Source: Wenzhouxiangella sp.
GTDB taxonomy: Bacteria; Pseudomonadota; Gammaproteobacteria; Xanthomonadales; Wenzhouxiangellaceae
Assembly: GCA_007123055.1 (NCBI GenBank)
Contig: SKSJ01000036.1
Location: forward strand, 1 to 39,418
Direction of reading: 5' to 3'
Length of the DNA stretch: 39,418 nucleotides
Shown: in pieces, positions 17,966 to 27,709 of the stretch
Position numbering within the stretch: position 1 is the first letter of the stretch
Layout of the letters: the number at the start of each line of letters is the position of its first letter
The notes under the pieces: model-generated
What the model saw: the letters and a program-made list of their open reading frames with translations, nothing else
Told to the model about the DNA's origin: nothing
Database searches by the model: none
Program-made: the position numbers and the translations under genes

Positions 17966-18805
17966 ATGAACGACGAGATATCTGACAGTAACGGCTCTAC
18001 TTCCCGGGGGTGGCTGGAACGCCTTGGTCGTGCATTCGGTGGTGAGCCGCGCAATCGCGAGGACCTGATCGAGCTGTTGCGTGATGTGGCCGAACAGGGC
18101 CTGATCGAGGCCGATACCCTGGCCATGCTCGAAGGGGCCCTCGAAGTCGATGAATTGCAGGTGCGCGACGTGATGATCCCGCGTTCGCACATGGTGGTCA
18201 TTCCGTCCGGCTCTTCCCTGACCGAAATCCTGCCGATCATCATCGATTCCGGACATTCGCGTTTTCCGGTGGTGGGCGAGGACCGTGACGAGGTCAATGG
18301 CATCCTGCTGGCCAAGGACCTGCTCAAGCTGGTGGCCAATGGAGACGACGTCGAACTGTCCGACCTCGTTCGCCCCCCGGTCATCATTCCCGAGTCCAAG
18401 CGCCTGAACGTGTTGCTGCGCGAGTTTCGCGTCAGCAAGAATCACATGGCGATCGTTGTCGACGAGTACGGTGGCGTGTCCGGTCTGGTGACCATCGAAG
18501 ACGTGCTCGAGGAGATCGTCGGGGACATCGACGACGAGCATGACGCCGACGTCGTCGCCGATATCCAGCGATTGGAAGAGGGCAAGTACCTGGTCCAGGC
18601 GCTGACCCCGATCGACGATTTCAACGAGGCCCTGGACACCGAGTTCCCCGACGATGAGTACGACACCATCGGTGGCCTGGTCGTCGCCGAGTTCGGACGC
18701 CTGCCCGAGGCCGCGGAGTCGGTCGAGATCGGCGACTGGACTTTTGTCGTCACCAGTGCCGACGACCGGCGCCTGCACGCCATGGAAGTCTTTCGTTCTC
18801 CCTGA
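17966..18805 (+). CDS. corC: CBS/CorC-domain protein (YbeX)
   Basis: VRDVMIPR, HSRFPV, VDEYGGVSGLVTIEDVLEEIVG, YDTIGG. Confidence 0.93.
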   Translation: MNDEISDSNGSTSRGWLERLGRAFGGEPRNREDLIELLRDVAEQGLIEADTLAMLEGALEVDELQVRDVMIPRSHMVVIPSGSSLTEILPIIIDSGHSRFPVVGEDRDEVNGILLAKDLLKLVANGDDVELSDLVRPPVIIPESKRLNVLLREFRVSKNHMAIVVDEYGGVSGLVTIEDVLEEIVGDIDDEHDADVVADIQRLEEGKYLVQALTPIDDFNEALDTEFPDDEYDTIGGLVVAEFGRLPEAAESVEIGDWTFVVTSADDRRLHAMEVFRSP

Positions 18806-19576
18806 TCAGCCCAGGGGTCCGGGAGCGACGAATCGAGCCGCCCATGCAGCAATGATTGCGGCGGCCCAGCGTGCATCGGCCGGGTCGCTGAGCAGGTGAT
18901 CGGCGTTATCCAGGCTGATGAAACTCCTGGGATGTCTGGCGGCGGTGAAGATCCGCTGGGCATGATCGATCGAGACGACGGTATCGACCGGCGAGTGCAT
19001 GACCAGCAGCGAGCGTCCGAGTCGGTCCAGGCGTTCGGACAGGTCGTGATCGCGTGCATCCTCGATGAAATCGCGCCGGATGCGAAAGCGACGACCGGCC
19101 AGGTCCACTTCGGCCGAGCCCTCCTGCATGATCTCGTCGACGTGGTCATCGAAATGCCCGATCACGTTGTCGGGGGACGACGGTGCACCGATGGTGGCAA
19201 CGGCACGTACCGATTCGATCCTCTCGCTGACGGCAAGACAGGCGGCCCCGCCCAGGGAATGTCCGACCAGCAGCTGAGGCGGTGACAACTCCTTGCCCAA
19301 CCAGGCGGCGGCGTCCTCCAGATCATCCAGGTTGCTGGAGAAGTGAGTGTCGGCAAAGTCCCCCTCGCTTTCGCCCAGACCGGTGAAATCGAAGCGCATA
19401 ACGCTGAATCCGGCCGCGGCCAGGTGCTCAGTGATCTCGCGTGCGGCCCGAATATCGCGTCCGCAGGTAAAGCAATGGGCGAACAAGGCGCAGGCGTGCC
19501 CCGGGCCATCGGTTGGTGTTTCAAGGGTTCCTGCAAGGCGAACGCCGGAACGGTTTTCAAAATGAATTCGTGACAT
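18806..19576 (-). CDS. Alpha/beta hydrolase (type often fused to OsmC; no OsmC domain here)
   Basis: ALFAHCFTC, RFDFTGLGESEG, GHSLGG, ADHLL; ATG at 19576. Confidence 0.9.
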   Translation of the reverse strand: MSRIHFENRSGVRLAGTLETPTDGPGHACALFAHCFTCGRDIRAAREITEHLAAAGFSVMRFDFTGLGESEGDFADTHFSSNLDDLEDAAAWLGKELSPPQLLVGHSLGGAACLAVSERIESVRAVATIGAPSSPDNVIGHFDDHVDEIMQEGSAEVDLAGRRFRIRRDFIEDARDHDLSERLDRLGRSLLVMHSPVDTVVSIDHAQRIFTAARHPRSFISLDNADHLLSDPADARWAAAIIAAWAARFVAPGPLG

Positions 19577-19671
19577 CGTGAAACGAGTTCTCGTGTGGAT
19601 TCGGCTGAAGAAGTCCAGTATGCCGTGGAATTGGGTAACATGCGCTACGTATTCGTCCCGGACCGCTGCGA

Positions 19672-20835
19672 ATGAAGTTGCTGTTGTCGATGTTGCTGGC
19701 GCTGCTGGTGTATGTGCCGACCGATGCAAGTGCCCAGGAGGCCTGGCTGGTCACCTACGGCCCGGGAGAGGAGGTCTGGGAGCGATTCGGTCACAACGCC
19801 TTGTGGTTGATCGACGAAGAGGCCGGGCTGGATCATACTTTCAGCTTCGGTTACTTCGAGATGGATCGTGCCGGTTTTTACTTTGATTTCGCGCGCGGGA
19901 TCATGCGGTATTTTGGTTCCGCATCAACCTCGGCCAGGGAGTTCGAGTTCTACCGTGGTCGCGACCGCTCCATCAGCGCCCAGAAGCTCGACCTGACTCC
20001 CGCCCAGGTGCGCTGGCTGCATCGCCTCCTCAACGAGGCCATCTTCCCGGTTCCCCAGTACTACGATTACGATTACTATTTCGCCAATTGCTCCACCTGG
20101 CTTCGCGACCTGCTGGATGAAGTCACCGGCGGTGCACTGGCCGAGACGATGCTGCAGCACCCCGCCACTCAGAACTTCCGGGAACACACCAGCCGACTCA
20201 ACCTGCAACGTCCATGGCTGCACGCCGGTCTGATGACCCTGCTGGGGCCGGAGATCGACCGCGAGCGCACGGCCTGGGACGAAGCCTTTTTGCCGGAAGC
20301 GCTGGCGTATTGGGTGGATCGCGTTTCCCCGGAGGGCCAGCCGCTGGTCGCCGAGACCCGATTGATCCATGATGCGCAGGTTCATTCGCCGCCTGAAAGC
20401 GACACCATCATGTGGTGGTTCTACCTGTTGATTGGCCTGGTCGGGGGCGCGTTGGTTTCTCTGCCGAAGTGGTTCCGGACGAATGTCTGGACCCTGCTGC
20501 CTTGGCGGATGGCGGTCGCCGCATACGGGCTTATGGGAGCAGTGATTCTGGCAATGTGGTTGGGGACTGCCCATTACCCCGTGGCGGGTAATCTGGTGCT
20601 GTTCATCCTGCACCCGTTGTGGCTGCTGTTCCTGTTTCCTGTTGGGCACGCATTGCGAACCCTTGTCTGGTGGCTGCTGCTGGCGGCCCTGGCCGCCGGC
20701 ACTGTCCTGCTGGCCTTGCCTGATGGGCCGCAGTACCGGGCCGACCTGTTGCTCTGGCTTCTTCCCATGACGCTGGCAATGCTGTCGACGGCGCGAACCG
20801 CATGGCCTGCCGGTTCAGCTTCCAGCGGCACTTGA
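19672..20835 (+). CDS. DUF4105 / Lnb-like lipoprotein N-acyltransferase candidate
   Basis: Signal peptide, L.T.GPGEE.W..FGH.A, F.FGYF, YDYYFANCST (His/Cys pair), AFLP, about four to five C-terminal TM segments. Confidence 0.8.
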   Translation: MKLLLSMLLALLVYVPTDASAQEAWLVTYGPGEEVWERFGHNALWLIDEEAGLDHTFSFGYFEMDRAGFYFDFARGIMRYFGSASTSAREFEFYRGRDRSISAQKLDLTPAQVRWLHRLLNEAIFPVPQYYDYDYYFANCSTWLRDLLDEVTGGALAETMLQHPATQNFREHTSRLNLQRPWLHAGLMTLLGPEIDRERTAWDEAFLPEALAYWVDRVSPEGQPLVAETRLIHDAQVHSPPESDTIMWWFYLLIGLVGGALVSLPKWFRTNVWTLLPWRMAVAAYGLMGAVILAMWLGTAHYPVAGNLVLFILHPLWLLFLFPVGHALRTLVWWLLLAALAAGTVLLALPDGPQYRADLLLWLLPMTLAMLSTARTAWPAGSASSGT

Positions 20836-20920
20836 TACTGTCGCGAAATCCTGTTACTGGCGTTGTCGCGTCGTTTTCACTACACTGGAGGTTCGGGGGA
20901 CAACTTGCAGGAGGCATGGG

Positions 20921-21310
20921 ATGATGCAGCACAAGATCGTTGCCCGGTTTCTGGACGGACGCGTTCTCAAGGGCGTGACATTGAATTTCAGACCGGAGCG
21001 TCGGAATTTCCACATGCAGCTGGATGATTCCGGAGAGCAGGTCGAAGTGAATGTCGACGAACTCAAGAGCGTTTTCTTCGTCAAGGATCTGACGGGCAAC
21101 AAGGACTACACCGAACGCAAGGACGTTGAGCGCAAGGGTTATGGTCGCCGGCTGGAAGTGAAGTTCGTCGATGGTGAATGCATCGTCGGATACACGCAGG
21201 GTTATTCGCCCGATCGGCCCGGTTTCTTCATGGCCCCGGCCGATCCCGACAGCAATAACGACCGGATCTACGTGGTGCGGGAATCGACCGAAGCGGTCAA
21301 CCTGCTTTAG
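20921..21310 (+). CDS. Small conserved hypothetical protein (DUF6982-like) with internal duplication
   Basis: GGAGG RBS. KIVARFLDGRVLKG and RLEVKFVDGECIVG form two similar halves; family assignment from recall. Confidence 0.7.
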   Translation: MMQHKIVARFLDGRVLKGVTLNFRPERRNFHMQLDDSGEQVEVNVDELKSVFFVKDLTGNKDYTERKDVERKGYGRRLEVKFVDGECIVGYTQGYSPDRPGFFMAPADPDSNNDRIYVVRESTEAVNLL

Positions 21311-21369
21311 CGCCGGCAAGACGGAATTCGTCAATCCCTCGACTTTGGGCGATGGATCGATCCGGTCTT

Positions 21370-23043
21370 TCAGCCGTTCAAGGTCGGTGACTTTTGACTC
21401 CCGATCTGAATGCTGCGGTCGTAACGCGGTAGAAGTTCAGGCTCGTGGCTGATCATGATGACTGTCCTGTCGCCCAGCCAGCCGTCCAGTCCGGCTTGCA
21501 TGGCGCGGGCACTGCCTGCGTCAAGTCCGGTGGTCGGTTCGTCGAGAACGACGACTTGCGGATTGGTGAGCAACAGGCGGGCCAGCGCAATGCGTCGGAG
21601 TTCTCCGCCCGAGACGTCGGCACCCCCTTCGCCGATCCAGGCACCGAGACCCTCCGGCAAGGCTTCCAGCAGGCGCTCGAGGCCGACTTGTTCGATGACC
21701 TCGATCAGTCGGGCGTCGCTGGCGTCCGGTGACGCCAGGCGCAAATTGTTGGCCAGAGTATCCCTGAACACCACCGGGCGTTGTGGCAGATAGCCGATCG
21801 CCTGGCGAAGCGCCCCCGGTTCGATGCTTTCGAGATCCCGCCCTCCGTAGAGCACCCGACCGCTGTCCGGAGAGAGTTGCCCGATCAGCAACAATCCAAG
21901 GGTCGTCTTGCCGCCACCGCTGGGGCCGGTCAGCACGATTCTTTCACCGGCCCCGATGAACAGATTGAAATCGTCGAGCAGCGGCGGCAGCAATTCATGG
22001 TAGCCGAAGCCTAGTCTGCTGGCTTCGATGCTGTGTGTTGCCGGCACGGGACGAGTGCCCGCGGGGATCGAGCGCGCCGGTACGGCATCCGTCAGCTCTG
22101 CGGCACGTTCGGCGGCGGTCCGGCAGGCGGCCAAGCGGCGCCAGGCGGCCGGCAAGGGCTGCCAGGCCTCGGTGAGCGCAAGCATGACCAGGACCATCAG
22201 CACCAGCAACGGTGTCGAGATCCCACCCGCCTCGGTGAGCATGATGCCGAAAACCAGGACGATCCAGAGTCCGCCGAGTCCGATCAGCGTGGTCACCCCC
22301 TGGCCGATGGCGTCCAGGCGCGCCACCCGGCGTCCGAGCACGATCATTCGCCGGTTGTGATCGCCCAGCCTTCGGCCCCACTCACCAGCACGATCGAAAG
22401 CCTTGAGTACTTCCATGCCTTCCAGTCCCTCGGTGGCCAGCATGCGCTGGTCGGGTTCCATTGCCGATCGTTGCCGGGTGGGCGCACGCCCGGTTCGAGC
22501 GACCAGCAGCGTGGCCAGCAGGTTCAGCAGCAGGATCACGACTACGGCCGCCGCGGCGCTTGCCGCTCCCATCACTGTGAAGGCACCGGCCACGGCCAGT
22601 CCCAGCAGCAGAGCCGCGATGACGGGACCCAGGACGCCGATGAACAGGTGATCAAGCGTGTCCACATCCCGAGTCAGTCGATCGAGCGTATCGCCGCGCC
22701 GCAGTTGCCGCAGAGAGAATTCATCCCGGGTCAGCAGCCTGTCGAACAGGCGCTGACGCAGTTCGGCCAGCAGGCGAAAGGTTGCCTCGTGACTGGCCAG
22801 GCGCTCTCCATAGCGCGCGAGGGTGCGGGTAATGGCGGCCAGGCGAATGCCGGCCCCGGGCGTGAAGATGTCGAGTCCCATGATCAGTCCGACACCGGCC
22901 AGTGCGCTGGCAGTGATGAACCAGCCGGACAATCCAAGCAGGAATGCGGCGGCGAACAGGCTGAGGAGGATGAGGGCGATGCCAAGCAGTATCCAGCGCG
23001 ATTGGCGCCTGAAGCCGGGCCAGAGCAGCCGGAATACCTTCAC
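21370..23043 (-). CDS. cydC: ABC exporter subunit CydC
   Basis: LSGWFITAS, RYGERLASHEATFRLLA.LR, GPSGGGKT, SGGE, LDEPT. Confidence 0.93.
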   Translation of the reverse strand: MKVFRLLWPGFRRQSRWILLGIALILLSLFAAAFLLGLSGWFITASALAGVGLIMGLDIFTPGAGIRLAAITRTLARYGERLASHEATFRLLAELRQRLFDRLLTRDEFSLRQLRRGDTLDRLTRDVDTLDHLFIGVLGPVIAALLLGLAVAGAFTVMGAASAAAAVVVILLLNLLATLLVARTGRAPTRQRSAMEPDQRMLATEGLEGMEVLKAFDRAGEWGRRLGDHNRRMIVLGRRVARLDAIGQGVTTLIGLGGLWIVLVFGIMLTEAGGISTPLLVLMVLVMLALTEAWQPLPAAWRRLAACRTAAERAAELTDAVPARSIPAGTRPVPATHSIEASRLGFGYHELLPPLLDDFNLFIGAGERIVLTGPSGGGKTTLGLLLIGQLSPDSGRVLYGGRDLESIEPGALRQAIGYLPQRPVVFRDTLANNLRLASPDASDARLIEVIEQVGLERLLEALPEGLGAWIGEGGADVSGGELRRIALARLLLTNPQVVVLDEPTTGLDAGSARAMQAGLDGWLGDRTVIMISHEPELLPRYDRSIQIGSQKSPTLNG

Positions 23044-24782
23044 CGTGACGCCTCCGTGATCCGGCTTTCAGACAGTTGCAGTGTCCGATCGGCCCAGTTG
23101 CGGGCATCGGGATCGTGGCTGGCGCAGATCATGGTGCAACCGGTCACTTCATTGATCCGCGCCAGCGTTTGCCAGATTCCAGCGGCGCTTTCGCGATCGA
23201 GACTGGCAGTCGGCTCGTCGAGCAGCAGCAGGGGACGGTCCCGGGTCAGCGCGCGCGCCAGTGTCAGCCTTCGCGCCTGGCCACCGGAAAGTCCTTCGCC
23301 GTCCTGAGTGATTGGCGTGTTCAGCCCCAAGGGAAGGCGGCGGACGGTTTGCGCCAGGCCCGCCAGTTCCAGCGCCTGCCACAGGCTGTCGTCGTCGGCG
23401 TCCGGATTGCCGAGGCGAAGATTGTCGGCCAGAGTGGCGTTGAACAGCCCGGCCTGTTGTCCCATCCAGCCGCGCAAGCGGGCCAGGTCAGCGCTGGAAA
23501 TGTGCTCGACAGGCACCTTGCCGAACCGAATGCTTCCCCGGTCCGCCTCGACGAACCCGGCCAGCAGTCTCAGCAGCGTGGATTTGCCGCAGCCACTGGG
23601 GCCGGCGATGACGACGCGTTGCCCTGGTTCGACCCGGATGTCGACCGCCAACAGAACCGGCTCGCGTTTCTCCCAGGCCATTGTCAGCCCGCGGACCTCG
23701 ATGCCGATGGGCCGATCGATCTCGATGTCGGCAGGCTTGCCGGGCTCCTGTCGGGCGGCTGGCGTTGCGAGAATCCGGCGGATGGTATCGCCGGCGGCCA
23801 GGGAACCGGCCCGATCATGCCAGAACTGAGAAAGCTGGCGCAGCGGCAGGAAGAACTCGGGGGCCAGCAGGAGAACGAACAAGCCGGTTCTCAGGTCCAG
23901 CGCCGGGGCCGGGCCGAACTCGATGTATCCGAGCAGACCGAGTCCAATGTAAATGGCCACTGCCGCGATGGCGACTGCCGAGAAGAACTCGAGTACCGCG
24001 GTCGAAAGAAATGCCACGCGCAGCACGGACATCGTGCGGTTGCGAAAGTCTTCGATCAGGGCGGCGATACGGGACGATTCCCGCTGCTCGGCGCCGAATC
24101 GGCGAATCACGTCCATGCCGCCCAGGCGATCGAGAAAGACGCCGCCGAGCCGTGCCAGCGCGGTCTGTTGCCGACGGCTGAGCGCCTCGGTCCCCATGCC
24201 GATCAGGATCATGAACAGCGGGATGAGCGGGGCGGCCAGCAGCAGGAACAAACCGGCGAGCCAGTCGTGCAGGAACACGGCGGCCAGAATGGCCGGGATG
24301 ACGACGGCGACCAGCATTAACTGGGGCAGGAATCGAGTGTAGAACGGGTCGAGCGCGTCGACCTGTTCGATCAGAGTGGTGGCCAGTGCGCCGCTGCCTT
24401 GTCGACTGCGCAGCATGGGTCCGGCATCGATCAGGCGCTGGAACAACTGTGGCACCAGTAGTGAACGAACCCTGGCGGAAGCGCCTGCGGCAACAATTCC
24501 CCGGAGTGTTTCGAATCCGGCACGCAGCGCCAGGATGCCAGCCAGCAGCCACAGGGATGGCCATAGCGACTTCATCGTCGCCCCGTCGATGGCAATACGA
24601 TGAACGATATCGGCCAGCCACCAGGACTGGGCGATGATTATCGTGGCTTGAATGGCCGCCAACCCCGCCATCCCCGGCTGCAACCAGCCGGGAGCCTGCT
24701 GTTTCAACCAGCGGCCTGCGACAACGTCGCCGCGCTGGTCCTCGCCGTTGACCACGACGCCCTGGTCGGCCGGCACGGGCAA
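23040..24782 (-). CDS. cydD: ABC exporter subunit CydD
   Basis: PLIPLFMILIG, TMSVLRVAFLS, LAPEFFLPLR, GPSGCGKS, SGGQ; start uncertain. Confidence 0.93.
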   Translation of the reverse strand: MPVPADQGVVVNGEDQRGDVVAGRWLKQQAPGWLQPGMAGLAAIQATIIIAQSWWLADIVHRIAIDGATMKSLWPSLWLLAGILALRAGFETLRGIVAAGASARVRSLLVPQLFQRLIDAGPMLRSRQGSGALATTLIEQVDALDPFYTRFLPQLMLVAVVIPAILAAVFLHDWLAGLFLLLAAPLIPLFMILIGMGTEALSRRQQTALARLGGVFLDRLGGMDVIRRFGAEQRESSRIAALIEDFRNRTMSVLRVAFLSTAVLEFFSAVAIAAVAIYIGLGLLGYIEFGPAPALDLRTGLFVLLLAPEFFLPLRQLSQFWHDRAGSLAAGDTIRRILATPAARQEPGKPADIEIDRPIGIEVRGLTMAWEKREPVLLAVDIRVEPGQRVVIAGPSGCGKSTLLRLLAGFVEADRGSIRFGKVPVEHISSADLARLRGWMGQQAGLFNATLADNLRLGNPDADDDSLWQALELAGLAQTVRRLPLGLNTPITQDGEGLSGGQARRLTLARALTRDRPLLLLDEPTASLDRESAAGIWQTLARINEVTGCTMICASHDPDARNWADRTLQLSESRITEASR

Positions 24783-24788
24783 GACGGG

Positions 24789-25799
24789 TCAGTGACCCGC
24801 GTAGCCCTCGCCCGCCTTTACCTTGCCGCGGAAGACCCAGTAGGTCCAGGCGGTATAGCCGAGGATGATGGGAATCAGGAACAACACGCCCAACAGCAGG
24901 AACAACTGGCTGCCCGGATCGGAGGCCGCATCCCAGAAGGTGTGTTCGGGCGGCACCGCGTATGGCCACATCGAAATCAGCAGGCCGATGTAGAACAGGG
25001 CAAAGAGCGTCATCGAACCGATGAATGGCGCGGCGTCCGAACGTTTTCTGAGCTTGCCAAAGACCCAGGCCGCCGTCAGGACGGTCAACAGCGGGAAGAT
25101 CCACAATGCCGTGAGGTGGTCGAACCACCGATCACGCACATGTTCGCTGGCCAGCGGCGTCCAGATGCTGACGATGACGAAGAAGGCCATCACCGCGGCC
25201 AGCAGCTTCGGGGCCAGGTTGTAGGCCCAGTCACGAGTATTGCCTTCGGTCTTGAGAATGGTCCAGGTGATACCCAGCAGGGCATACCCGGCAACCACGC
25301 CCAGTCCGGTCATGACCGTGAAAGCGCTGAGCCAGTCCAGCGGCCCGCCGACGTAGGAGAAGCCCTCGACCTCGAAGCCCTGGATATAAGCGCCGGCAAC
25401 CGCGCCCTGGGCAAATGCGGCCACCGTCGAGCCACCGAAGAAGGCCCGGTCCCACCAGTGGCGGGAGTCGGCGCTGGCCTTGAACCGGAACTCGAATGCC
25501 ACGCCGCGAAAGATCAGGCCGGCCAGCAAAAGGAACACGCCAATATAGAGCGCGGGCAGGAACACGGCGTAGACCATGGGGAACGCGGCCAACAGGCCGG
25601 CGCCACCGAGAACCAGCCAGGTCTCGTTGCCGTCCCAGACCGGCGCGACGGAGTTCATCATTTCGTCGCGAGCACGATCGTCGGGTGCAAACGGAAAGAG
25701 GATGCCGACTCCGAGATCAAAGCCGTCCATGAGGACATACATGAATACGCCGATGCCGATGACGACGATCCAGATCAGGGTCAGATCAATCAGTTCCAT
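24789..25799 (-). CDS. cydB: Cytochrome bd ubiquinol oxidase subunit II (CioB-like)
   Basis: DGFDLGVG, PVWDGNETWLV, FRGVAFEFR. Confidence 0.96.
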   Translation of the reverse strand: MELIDLTLIWIVVIGIGVFMYVLMDGFDLGVGILFPFAPDDRARDEMMNSVAPVWDGNETWLVLGGAGLLAAFPMVYAVFLPALYIGVFLLLAGLIFRGVAFEFRFKASADSRHWWDRAFFGGSTVAAFAQGAVAGAYIQGFEVEGFSYVGGPLDWLSAFTVMTGLGVVAGYALLGITWTILKTEGNTRDWAYNLAPKLLAAVMAFFVIVSIWTPLASEHVRDRWFDHLTALWIFPLLTVLTAAWVFGKLRKRSDAAPFIGSMTLFALFYIGLLISMWPYAVPPEHTFWDAASDPGSQLFLLLGVLFLIPIILGYTAWTYWVFRGKVKAGEGYAGH

Positions 25800-25802
25800 G
25801 GC

Positions 25803-27212
25803 TTAGCTCCTTGCCTTGGCGGCGTTGTCGTCAAGACCGGCCGGCACGGCCGACCACGGACGCTTGGCGCGCGCACTCTCGTCTTCGGGGGTCGATTCGA
25901 CTGGATCGGGTCCGGCCAGAATGACCCGTTTGAGATAATAGAGTCCAGCGGTGAAGACCACTGCGTAAACCGTGATGTAGCCGATCAGTGTCAGCAAGAC
26001 CATACCGCCGGTCAGCGAGGGCGTGACGCCTTCGCTCAGGCGCATGACACCATGGATCAGCCATGGCTGGCGGCCGACCTCTGTAACGAACCAGCCGGCC
26101 AGGACTGCAACGAACGGCAGCGGGATCATCCAGGTCAGCGCCCTGAGCAGCCGCGGTGATTGTTCCAGCCGGCCGCGCCAGAGCTGCCAGGCCGCGGCCA
26201 GGGAAAGAACGATGAAAAGGATGCCCAGGCCGACCATTATGCGGAAGCTCCAGAAGACAATGCCGACCGGCGGTCGGTCCTCGGCTGGCACGGAGGTCAG
26301 GCCGGTCACTTCGCCATCAAGGCTGTGGGTCAGGATCAGGCTGCCAAGCCGTGGAATGCCGATCTCGAAATGGTTGGTTTCGTTGCGCGAGTCGGGAATC
26401 GCGAAGAGGATCAGCGGGGCACCTTGCCGGGTTTCCCAATGACCTTCCATGGCGGCTACTTTGATGGGCTGCTCCTCGAACGTATTGAGTCCGTGCAGGT
26501 CGCCGACGAACAACTGCAACGGCGTGGCGATGGCCAGCATGATGACGGTCATCTTCAACGCCTTGCGGCTGGTCTCGATGTTGCGGCCTTTCAGCAGGTA
26601 CCAGGCACTGACTCCTGCCACCACGAACCCGCCGGTGATAAACGAGGCCAGCGCCATATGGGCGAAGCGGTAAGGCAGTGACGAATTGAAGATCGCCTGC
26701 GTCCAGGAGGTGACCTGAACGATGCCGTCGTTGATTTCAATGCCGGCCGGAGTCTGCATCCAGCTGTTGGCCGACAGGATCCAGAACGAGGAGATGAATG
26801 TGCCAATCGCGACCATGCAGGCCGAGAACAGATGCGCACCCTTGGGGACTTTGTCACGGCCGAAAAGCAGCACGCCGAGGAAGGTCGCCTCGAGGAAGAA
26901 CGCAGTCACCACCTCGTAACTGAGGATCGGTCCCATGAAGTTGGCCGAGGCGTAGGAAAAACTGCTCCAGTTGGTGCCGAACTGGAACGCCATGACGATA
27001 CCCGAAACCACGCCCATGCCGAACACCAGGGCGAACACCTTGGTCCAGAACTTCGACAGTTTTTCCCAGGCTGGATTGTCGGTGCGGTAGTAGAGAGTTT
27101 CGAGGACGGCAATGTAGGCCGCCAGCCCGATAGTGAAGACCGGAAAGATGGCGTGAAAGGAAACAACGAAGGCAAACTGGAAGCGGGAAAGGAGAAGTGG
27201 GTCCAGTTCCAT
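25803..27212 (-). CDS. cydA: Cytochrome bd ubiquinol oxidase subunit I (short Q-loop, CioA-like)
   Basis: SFHAIFP, FQFGTNW, ANSWMQTP, QPIKVAAMEG, EVGRQPW. Confidence 0.96.
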   Translation of the reverse strand: MELDPLLLSRFQFAFVVSFHAIFPVFTIGLAAYIAVLETLYYRTDNPAWEKLSKFWTKVFALVFGMGVVSGIVMAFQFGTNWSSFSYASANFMGPILSYEVVTAFFLEATFLGVLLFGRDKVPKGAHLFSACMVAIGTFISSFWILSANSWMQTPAGIEINDGIVQVTSWTQAIFNSSLPYRFAHMALASFITGGFVVAGVSAWYLLKGRNIETSRKALKMTVIMLAIATPLQLFVGDLHGLNTFEEQPIKVAAMEGHWETRQGAPLILFAIPDSRNETNHFEIGIPRLGSLILTHSLDGEVTGLTSVPAEDRPPVGIVFWSFRIMVGLGILFIVLSLAAAWQLWRGRLEQSPRLLRALTWMIPLPFVAVLAGWFVTEVGRQPWLIHGVMRLSEGVTPSLTGGMVLLTLIGYITVYAVVFTAGLYYLKRVILAGPDPVESTPEDESARAKRPWSAVPAGLDDNAAKARS

Positions 27213-27298
27213 GATCGGCTACCTCCTGATAGGGCCTGACTGCGTTATATCATATCATCCTAATACGGCATGTGTATTTGAATTGGTAATGGCGTCAA

Positions 27299-27709
27299 TC
27301 ATGCAATGACGCTGATCACCACGTCGCGTCGATGGGGTCGGTGACGATGCTCCCACAGGAAAACTCCTTGCCAGGTGCCCAGCGCCAAGCGACCGTCAGT
27401 GATCGGGATGGTCAGGTCGGTGTGGGTCAGCAGGTTGCGCACGTGCGCCGGCATGTCGTCGGGGCCTTCGGCGGTGTGGACGTAACGTGGATCACCGTCG
27501 GGCACCAGGTCGCCGAGAAAGGTCTCGAGGTCGTGCTGCACGTCAGGGTCGGCATTCTCGTTGATGAGCAGCGAAGCTGACGTGTGGCGAATGAAGACGT
27601 GGCACAGCCCTTGGGAAAGTCCGCTGTCGGCTACGCAGGCAGCGACATCCGGGGTGATCTCCGTGAGTCCCCGGCCCCTGGTCTGGAAGCTGAGTGTTGT
27701 CTGTCTCAT
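27299..27709 (-). CDS. yjbQ: YjbQ/UPF0047 family protein
   Basis: HTSASLLINENADP, EGPDDMPAH, LGTWQG; the ATG overlaps the prfA TGA. Confidence 0.92.
   Translation of the reverse strand: MRQTTLSFQTRGRGLTEITPDVAACVADSGLSQGLCHVFIRHTSASLLINENADPDVQHDLETFLGDLVPDGDPRYVHTAEGPDDMPAHVRNLLTHTDLTIPITDGRLALGTWQGVFLWEHRHRPHRRDVVISVIA

Noticed and set aside
27213-27298. FNR box upstream of cydA
   Set aside because: TTGA and TCAA half-sites are present but at the wrong spacing.
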